Below are positions 58,219-64,000 of a stretch of 64,000 bases of DNA, one piece after another. This stretch comes from Candidatus Hodarchaeota archaeon (GTDB lineage Archaea > Asgardarchaeota > Heimdallarchaeia > Hodarchaeales > Hodarchaeaceae), in assembly GCA_029856365.1 (NCBI GenBank), contig JAHQWW010000001.1:81548-145547 (forward strand), given 5' to 3'. The notes under the pieces are model-generated. The model did no database searches and had not been told where the DNA came from. It was given only the letters and a program-made list of their open reading frames with translations. Position numbers and translations under genes: made by a program. The first letter of the stretch is position 1; every line of letters begins with the position of its first letter.

Positions 58219-59205
58219 TTGAAAATGCACTGTGATAGTAATTGTCGGCCCTGTGTGTTAGAGGGGGGTCCTAGTCGTGATCTTAACGATTCTTCTCATA
58301 TCTTTTATGCTTATTTTTGTCCAACTTGTCGCTCCGCATTCTTTTGTGAGATAGGAGTAGTACGACAGTTTTCATCCAATAAAACTAATTATTATTGTGT
58401 GGAATGCGGTAAAACCCTAGTTACAAAATCTCTTGAAGAAATTGCTTTAGAAAAAGCTCGCTTCTTAATGGATAACCAGAAACTTAGCAGAAGTGGAAAG
58501 TTTAGACCAACTCTTGTACAAAAGAAGGGGGGTAGATCTGTTGAGTCTCTTTCAATGTTATATGACACAAAAACAACCAGTGCTTTTCATCAGTCGTTGA
58601 TCACCGAAATGACTCGAATTTCGGGTTTATCACCTCAAGTTATTAGTAATTTCGCTCTAGATTTTGGTATAGGAGAAAATGTAATTTCAAGTCTTTCTAG
58701 CGATAATGAGGCAGATAATGAGGCGATATTATTAACCCTTGCAAGTGTCTCTCCGAAATTTATTGAGATTCTTCATTCCATTCTAATTGGTCATGATCCT
58801 GAAGGGTTAGCTTTACGTTTCTCGGTATTTACAAACAATATTGCTGATATTGTGTTTATCCAACCATCTCGATCTCTAGTAGAATCAGGCCCCTACGATT
58901 TAATAGCTTATGATGGACAGGGTATGCGAATTTGGGTGTTCTGTGTCCAAGGAACAGTTGATTCTAAAGATATCGAGAAAATTGTTGGACCATTATTGAA
59001 TCAAGAGTTATCAGAATTTAGTGGAGTATCAAAAATTTGTATTGTTGCTCAAGGTTTCTCATGGGTGGCTTTACAAATATTACGAAAATATCGGGGGGTT
59101 GTAGTTAGAGGAGATAGTGGAAGAAAATCGATACCATTTGAACTATGGCAAGAAAAGATTATTGAGGATCGTCCTGAAATCATATTTGAAAATATCCGAC
59201 TTTAA
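58219..59205 (+). CDS. Zn-ribbon protein with C-terminal Mrr-like (PD-(D/E)xK-fold-like) domain, first gene of the GTPase operon
   Basis: CPTCRS...CVECGK ribbon at the N-terminus. The C-terminal YDLIAYDGQGMRIWVFCVQG...KICIVAQGFSWVALQIL has the rhythm of restriction-endonuclease-like folds, but the canonical Lys is not evident. Start is TTG 58219 or ATG 58225. Confidence 0.5.
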   Translation: MKMHCDSNCRPCVLEGGPSRDLNDSSHIFYAYFCPTCRSAFFCEIGVVRQFSSNKTNYYCVECGKTLVTKSLEEIALEKARFLMDNQKLSRSGKFRPTLVQKKGGRSVESLSMLYDTKTTSAFHQSLITEMTRISGLSPQVISNFALDFGIGENVISSLSSDNEADNEAILLTLASVSPKFIEILHSILIGHDPEGLALRFSVFTNNIADIVFIQPSRSLVESGPYDLIAYDGQGMRIWVFCVQGTVDSKDIEKIVGPLLNQELSEFSGVSKICIVAQGFSWVALQILRKYRGVVVRGDSGRKSIPFELWQEKIIEDRPEIIFENIRL

Positions 59206-59222
59206 CATTTAAGGTGTTTTCA

Positions 59223-59783
59223 ATGAGTTCTTCCTCATCAGAGACATCATTCATGGACTATTTTAGAGTTATACTTCTTGGTAGTCCAAGGGTAGGGAAA
59301 ACTTCAATAATCCATTGGATTCTTAATCTTTCCCCTTTAGACGAATATCACCCCACAATAGGCATAAAATTCTATAATCTAGACACTAATCTTAATAATA
59401 ATCAGTATTTCCTCCAGTTTTGTGATGTTTCAGGTAATGAAGTCTTTTTTAGTCTTCCTCCCTCTTTTTTAAAGACTGCTACTGTTGTTGTTCTAGTTTT
59501 TGACTACAAAAGCAAAGATTCCCAACTCGAAATTCAAAATCTATACAGTAAAGTTTGTGAGTATCTTCCTTCTACAAAAATTTTAGTCATTGGAAACAAA
59601 TTCGAGAATGAAAAGCGAGATATCCCTAAGACATTAGCTTCATGGGCTAATACCAATGATATAGCTATAATTTCTCTGTCTATTCAGGAAAATATTGGAA
59701 AATCTCTTCTCTTGCAAAATATAATTGGAATTATCACCGATATTTCTGATAAACAACTCACAGAAGCAGTTGAAGTGGAGTAG
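59223..59783 (+). CDS. Ras/Rab-like small GTPase
   Basis: G1 GSPRVGKT, G2 PTIG, G3 DVSG(NE), G4 NKFE (Glu in place of Asp), G5-like SLS. ATG 59223 lies 7 nt after AAGGTG. Confidence 0.8.
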   Translation: MSSSSSETSFMDYFRVILLGSPRVGKTSIIHWILNLSPLDEYHPTIGIKFYNLDTNLNNNQYFLQFCDVSGNEVFFSLPPSFLKTATVVVLVFDYKSKDSQLEIQNLYSKVCEYLPSTKILVIGNKFENEKRDIPKTLASWANTNDIAIISLSIQENIGKSLLLQNIIGIITDISDKQLTEAVEVE

Positions 59784-59830
59784 GCTCCCCCATATTTTGA
59801 TCAACTAGATTTTAGTATATTAAACCTGAT

Positions 59831-60232
59831 CTATTTCCATTCATCATCAGTGTTTTGACATGATACCTGGACAATTTCGCATTTCCACCATTGTGATCTC
59901 TGTTGAAAAGCGCACATATCATCAGTAATCTGACACTTGTGGTCTTCCTTTAAGTAAAGGCAAAGACTTGTCATTAGCAAGCGGAGGTTCATTTTTTCTG
60001 GCTGTTTACCAGTTTGATAGCTCTGGTATAATTGATCTCGGATTTCTTGATAATTATGCACCTGAACAGTTGTTAAAATACTTCCAGTTTTGAATGTTAT
60101 TCCTCCTGTTAAAGTAGAATCATCGAATTCTAGAAACTGAAAGAGCTGACGTTGGAGTGAATCAAGCATTTCATCGTCTATGTCTCCCACACCCATCATA
60201 TTTAATAAATCACGCAATTTTTTCCGAAACAC
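59831..60232 (-). CDS. Hypothetical Cys-rich protein
   Basis: 133-aa open frame, convergent with the GTPase gene and divergent from the large helical gene. Five Cys in the last 50 aa. No family recognised. GTG start. Confidence 0.4.
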   Translation of the reverse strand: MFRKKLRDLLNMMGVGDIDDEMLDSLQRQLFQFLEFDDSTLTGGITFKTGSILTTVQVHNYQEIRDQLYQSYQTGKQPEKMNLRLLMTSLCLYLKEDHKCQITDDMCAFQQRSQWWKCEIVQVSCQNTDDEWK

Positions 60233-60435
60233 TTACACAACGCCTTCATAACAATTTTTAGTGCCATAACAAGTGGTCTTCATAGATTTAGATGCTTCAT
60301 TCCACATTTTTAGTTTAATTAAAGTTAAATTTATATTAGTATAATTTATGCACCCTTCATATTTTTATATAACTAAACATTTTGAATAGAGCGCGCTCAA
60401 GTAGAAATAACAATAACGTTGTGGAGAATCCTTCA

Positions 60436-63330
60436 ATGACTGATTACGATTTCAATCCCGTAGTTTGGGTTAGTCTAGCTTCCGTCTCAGGTTTGAGCTT
60501 GATCAGCCTTGGTAAACCAGGATTAAGAACCGACCTTGATGAGCAGGTATACACTGGCGGGTTAACTGCCGTCCAAGCGATGCTAGGCGGAGAGGTTGGG
60601 GGTGATACTGCTAGATTTGTGGGTGGAAGTCATAGTAACAGAACTGGTAGATTCCTTGTTAAAAATGAAACAGGGGAACTTGTTGGGCAATTCTTATTGA
60701 TTTCTCCCAATAATCTTACTGTAGCTCCAGATTTAGTTGAATATTATGAAGAACTTGTCACAATTTTTGCTGAGGATACAATTCAAACTGAAGTATATGA
60801 ACGTACACAAAGAGAATTCAGAGCATTGGGAGTTAATGATGTCTTAGATCTCTTTTTTGAGAGTATCAAGAAATCACGGAAGCGGAAATCAATCCCCATG
60901 GATAAGAATAATTTTATTTCAGCGCTCAGCCGAATTGCAGTCCAATCTATCAATGATTATGAGTACTCTGCAACTCTAGTTAAGATTTCAGAATATAAAG
61001 GCAAGTATCATGACCTTCATTCTAAAGTACAAAATGAAAGAAATGATCTTATAACGGAATTAGCTAAGGATATGTTAGAATTCCTGACTAGTGAATATCC
61101 TCATGCTTTAGTAACGTTCCCTAAAGTTGATTCATTACAAAAAGATTTCTTAAAATATGTACGATCCGAAATAGATAATATTTTGAAACAGAACAAGGTA
61201 GATGAAGCCCTTGAAGAAATAATTGAAGATTTTGAAAAAAATTATTTGAATAAAGTTCTAGCAGACTTCGCACTTCATGAGGTAACTAAAACAAACCTCT
61301 ATGCACGTCTTGAAGATGAAGTTTTCACGAAGTTTCAACGAGAATTCCCCCTTCTTTTTCTTGTAGATCCCCAGATCAACGGATTTCTAAGTGCTATAGA
61401 GAAGCTTACTGAAAAAATCAACGAAGAATATGATTTAGCTGGAACATTATCTCGAATTGGGCATGATATGTTAAGAGAATATGAAAAAGAGGAAATCCTT
61501 GCTATTCCTTTCATTCGACATTTTTGTGAGCAATTTTCAACCGGATTAACCTCTACAGCGTGGAAATATATGCAAATCGTCTTTAAATTAATTACACTGG
61601 AGTCAAAGATTGAAGTGACTGATGTTCTTCCAGCTTTAGAAGGTCAAATTCCTGACTCTCACTTTTCAACAGTTCAAAAGATGATAACTAAATATAAAAT
61701 CACAAAACTTGATCCCTTATCTTTTTCGGTAAAAAAAGCAACCGACATATTACCATTTTATAGAGCTTTGTTTTCTTCTTTAGGTTATGGGATTAATTCT
61801 TTAATATGTCAAGTTGCTCTTGGAGAGGAAAATCCAGATAATTATCTCAATCATACTATTAGGAATTTTCACAAATTTAGTACTCAAATTCTTCATATTT
61901 TTGCATTATTTTCAATCTATTCTTACCTAGAAAAAGTAGGTGAACGTTTAGACTTCAATTTAGTTTATCCAAAACCAGAAATATTTGGGAAAGATGTAGA
62001 TATTGCCACGATAAATGTACAATCTTTAATCGCGGCTTTTATCAAAGCTAATACTGAATATCTTCAGAAAGAACATCAATTGGTAAAACATCGTTTGGAA
62101 GAATTTCAAGAAGCCTTTGATAAACGAATAAAGGATATTAACAAATTCTTATCACGTAATCCTATTGATATCTCAAAAGGATATTCTCTGGATCTTAAAG
62201 AGATAAAATTATTTCATTTCTCGACCAAATCCGTTAGTAGTGTTGAATCAATTCTCGAAAAGGCTCAAGATGAATATAGGAAGATAATAGAGAGAATTGA
62301 ACCAGATTTGAATAAAGCAAAGGATGCTGCCCAGCAGTTTGTCGATGGCCAAATCACTGAAAAGAATCTTGATTTAGTTCTTAGAAAACGTGGTTTTCTT
62401 GAAAAAACTCGAGATAATTTTCAAAAATTCCTTCAGAAAATCCATGAATCAATAGATAAAAGCTATTCTGGACTTCCTGGAGATGTTGAGAAAAGTCTTA
62501 ACAAATTTGAAAAAGAATTTACCAAACAATTTTCTCAGGCTTGTCCTTTCCTGAATATTGACCAAAAAGCATTTATAAAAGGTGATCAACAGTTTCTACA
62601 GGATCCATCCTCCAAGATTAGCAGAATCCAAGATTCAATCAAACAGATAATTTCAAAAGAAGAAGTCATTTCTTGGGAAAACTTGGGAATGTATTATTTT
62701 AGTTCTAAAAATCGGTCGTTACCAACCAATCTTCAATTAGATGTTTCGAATTCCTTAGTTTATAAGAAGTCATACCCCTTTTTGAAAGAAGCAATGGAAG
62801 TCTTGAAATCCAATCCACGTCAGGATATTTATAGAAGTTATACAGAAGTTCTAGAAGGTTACACTAAAGCGATAGTTGCTCAACTTTTCCATGAAACAGG
62901 AAATATCATCGACAAAGAGTACCTGAAGACAGACCTTGACATATTTTTCATAGAAAGAGACAAAAAACCTATACCAACCATTGAAATGGGAGTTCTCACG
63001 AATACTGATGCCATGAACTCTCTACGAGGTATTTTAGGATCAAAAATTGCTGTTGAGTCAGAAGAACGGGAAGAGATCACTTTTTTCCATATTTCCGCAG
63101 TAATACCAGACTTTGGTTGTGATTATACGGAATTAAAGAATGTATGGAAAAAAAGAAAAAAGGAATGGACTCTACGTAAAGTGTTACTACTCTTAAGTTG
63201 GCGTTCTCTCCTAAATTCTAACACTTTTTACATGAATTTATTAAGATATTCAAGTGGGTTTTACTCAACTCGAGTTAAAGATTCATTAGAGGATATCTTA
63301 CAAGAAATCGAAAAAGCAATTGTCTCCTGA
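60436..63330 (+). CDS. Large (~965 aa) predominantly helical protein with longin-like N-terminal domain
   Basis: ATG 60436 lies 9 nt after GTGGAG. The N-terminal ~110 aa show strand-strand-helix-strand-strand-strand-helix order (VVWVSLAS, LSLISLG, YTGGLTAVQAMLGG, ARFVGG, GRFLVKN, LVGQFLLIS). The rest is helical with no enzymatic motif. Confidence 0.6.
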   Translation: MTDYDFNPVVWVSLASVSGLSLISLGKPGLRTDLDEQVYTGGLTAVQAMLGGEVGGDTARFVGGSHSNRTGRFLVKNETGELVGQFLLISPNNLTVAPDLVEYYEELVTIFAEDTIQTEVYERTQREFRALGVNDVLDLFFESIKKSRKRKSIPMDKNNFISALSRIAVQSINDYEYSATLVKISEYKGKYHDLHSKVQNERNDLITELAKDMLEFLTSEYPHALVTFPKVDSLQKDFLKYVRSEIDNILKQNKVDEALEEIIEDFEKNYLNKVLADFALHEVTKTNLYARLEDEVFTKFQREFPLLFLVDPQINGFLSAIEKLTEKINEEYDLAGTLSRIGHDMLREYEKEEILAIPFIRHFCEQFSTGLTSTAWKYMQIVFKLITLESKIEVTDVLPALEGQIPDSHFSTVQKMITKYKITKLDPLSFSVKKATDILPFYRALFSSLGYGINSLICQVALGEENPDNYLNHTIRNFHKFSTQILHIFALFSIYSYLEKVGERLDFNLVYPKPEIFGKDVDIATINVQSLIAAFIKANTEYLQKEHQLVKHRLEEFQEAFDKRIKDINKFLSRNPIDISKGYSLDLKEIKLFHFSTKSVSSVESILEKAQDEYRKIIERIEPDLNKAKDAAQQFVDGQITEKNLDLVLRKRGFLEKTRDNFQKFLQKIHESIDKSYSGLPGDVEKSLNKFEKEFTKQFSQACPFLNIDQKAFIKGDQQFLQDPSSKISRIQDSIKQIISKEEVISWENLGMYYFSSKNRSLPTNLQLDVSNSLVYKKSYPFLKEAMEVLKSNPRQDIYRSYTEVLEGYTKAIVAQLFHETGNIIDKEYLKTDLDIFFIERDKKPIPTIEMGVLTNTDAMNSLRGILGSKIAVESEEREEITFFHISAVIPDFGCDYTELKNVWKKRKKEWTLRKVLLLLSWRSLLNSNTFYMNLLRYSSGFYSTRVKDSLEDILQEIEKAIVS

Positions 63331-63354
63331 ATAATATCTAGGAATACCTAGACC

Positions 63355-63984
63355 ATGGCTTTTCCTAATGAGCTATCTGAAGACACAAAAGTTTACTCAC
63401 CTCAAGAAGATACCTGGTTTCTCACAGATATTTTAGAATCTCAATTTATGCAACCGTTGAATCAGCTTCGTCCATTATTGGTGTGTGAGATAGGAGTGGG
63501 TAGTGGTTTTATTTCTATCTATTTAGCTAAGAAATTTCCTCAGAATCATTTCATAGGAACTGATCTTTCTCCCCATTCCGCTATTTACTGTTATAAGATC
63601 ATGTCTAAGCAACTTAAACACAATCAATTTGATGTAATGTCAATGAATCTTCTTCGTGGACTTAATCCATTAGCATTTCATCCTGATATTATATTTTTCA
63701 ATCCACCTTATGTAAGAACAAGTGAGGAAGAAATGAAGAAGGGATTCTTTGAAAGATCCTGGGCCGGTGGCCCTAGTGGGATAGTAGTAATTCAAGAGTT
63801 TCTTGAAGACCTATCAAGGTTCTCTTTCGGAAATGCATTCTTTCTTTCATCTATTCATAACAAAAACGAATTATTAGAGAAAGGCTTTCATGAGATTTTT
63901 GAGTTTCAAGTTATTGCCAAAAGAAAGATAGAGGATGAGAAACTCCTTTGTTATAAGGTTTGGCTTAAGAAAAACTCAAGATAA
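63355..63984 (+). CDS. HemK/Mtq2-like protein (glutamine-N5) methyltransferase
   Basis: VYSPQEDTWFL, EIGVGSGFISIYL (motif I), IFFNPPYV (NPPY), SWAGGPSG. The ~209 aa length is typical of the archaeal/eukaryotic Mtq2 type. Confidence 0.8.
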   Translation: MAFPNELSEDTKVYSPQEDTWFLTDILESQFMQPLNQLRPLLVCEIGVGSGFISIYLAKKFPQNHFIGTDLSPHSAIYCYKIMSKQLKHNQFDVMSMNLLRGLNPLAFHPDIIFFNPPYVRTSEEEMKKGFFERSWAGGPSGIVVIQEFLEDLSRFSFGNAFFLSSIHNKNELLEKGFHEIFEFQVIAKRKIEDEKLLCYKVWLKKNSR

Positions 63985-64000
63985 ATTGGAATCAATATGA

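Noticed and set aside
1-64000. Searched by eye for tRNA/rRNA genes, CRISPR arrays, transposases, integrases and restriction endonucleases next to the MTases
   Set aside because: No GC-rich cloverleaf-sized islands appear in the intergenic regions. There are no regularly spaced repeats other than the iterons. No DDE, tyrosine- or serine-recombinase motifs and no PD-(D/E)xK or HNH motifs appear in ORFs flanking the MTases. This negative result is limited by manual inspection.

Overview
The window is visibly AT-rich and gene-dense, with about 58 credible protein-coding genes. By eye I found no rRNA, tRNA, CRISPR array, cas gene, transposase or integrase; no tRNA or covariance-model scan could be run. 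The gene content looks archaeal: a short RNase J-type beta-CASP nuclease, a ~200-aa HemK/Mtq2-like methylase, AlaX, a DUF504 protein, an Arch_ATPase plus wHTH protein, and many GTG/TTG starts behind GGAGG-like Shine-Dalgarno boxes. A Ras/Rab-like small GTPase near a longin-like protein gives it an Asgard-like flavour, but the taxonomy is inference only. Housekeeping content: a PfkA-family phosphofructokinase with PPi-type residues, a BMP-like binding protein followed by MTAP and MetK, a CopA copper ATPase, thioredoxin reductase, AlaX, TatD, RidA, two ABC systems, an MFS transporter, two SDRs, OsmC, and a RACo-like corrinoid activase. The points most worth a second look are these. (1) A small-GTPase neighbourhood (58.2-63.3 kb) holds a Zn-ribbon/nuclease-fold partner and a ~965-aa helical protein with a longin-like N-terminus. 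(2) A three-gene operon (54.7-57.2 kb) ends in a 614-aa SMC/Rad50-like protein with a central CxxC hook and degenerate ATPase motifs. (3) There are six DNA methyltransferase genes (1.4-5.5 kb and 21.9-29.7 kb) and no recognisable restriction nuclease. (4) A metallophosphoesterase gene is interrupted by a single in-frame TAG. (5) A new Cys/His-rich domain occurs both free-standing and fused to the N-terminus of CopA. (6) A 1.35-kb gene-poor stretch carries gene remnants and three tandem ~50-bp iterons. (7) A radical SAM/SPASM protein has a rubredoxin-like CxxC...CxxC extension. All functional calls rest on motif recognition in the supplied translations. No database search was run.
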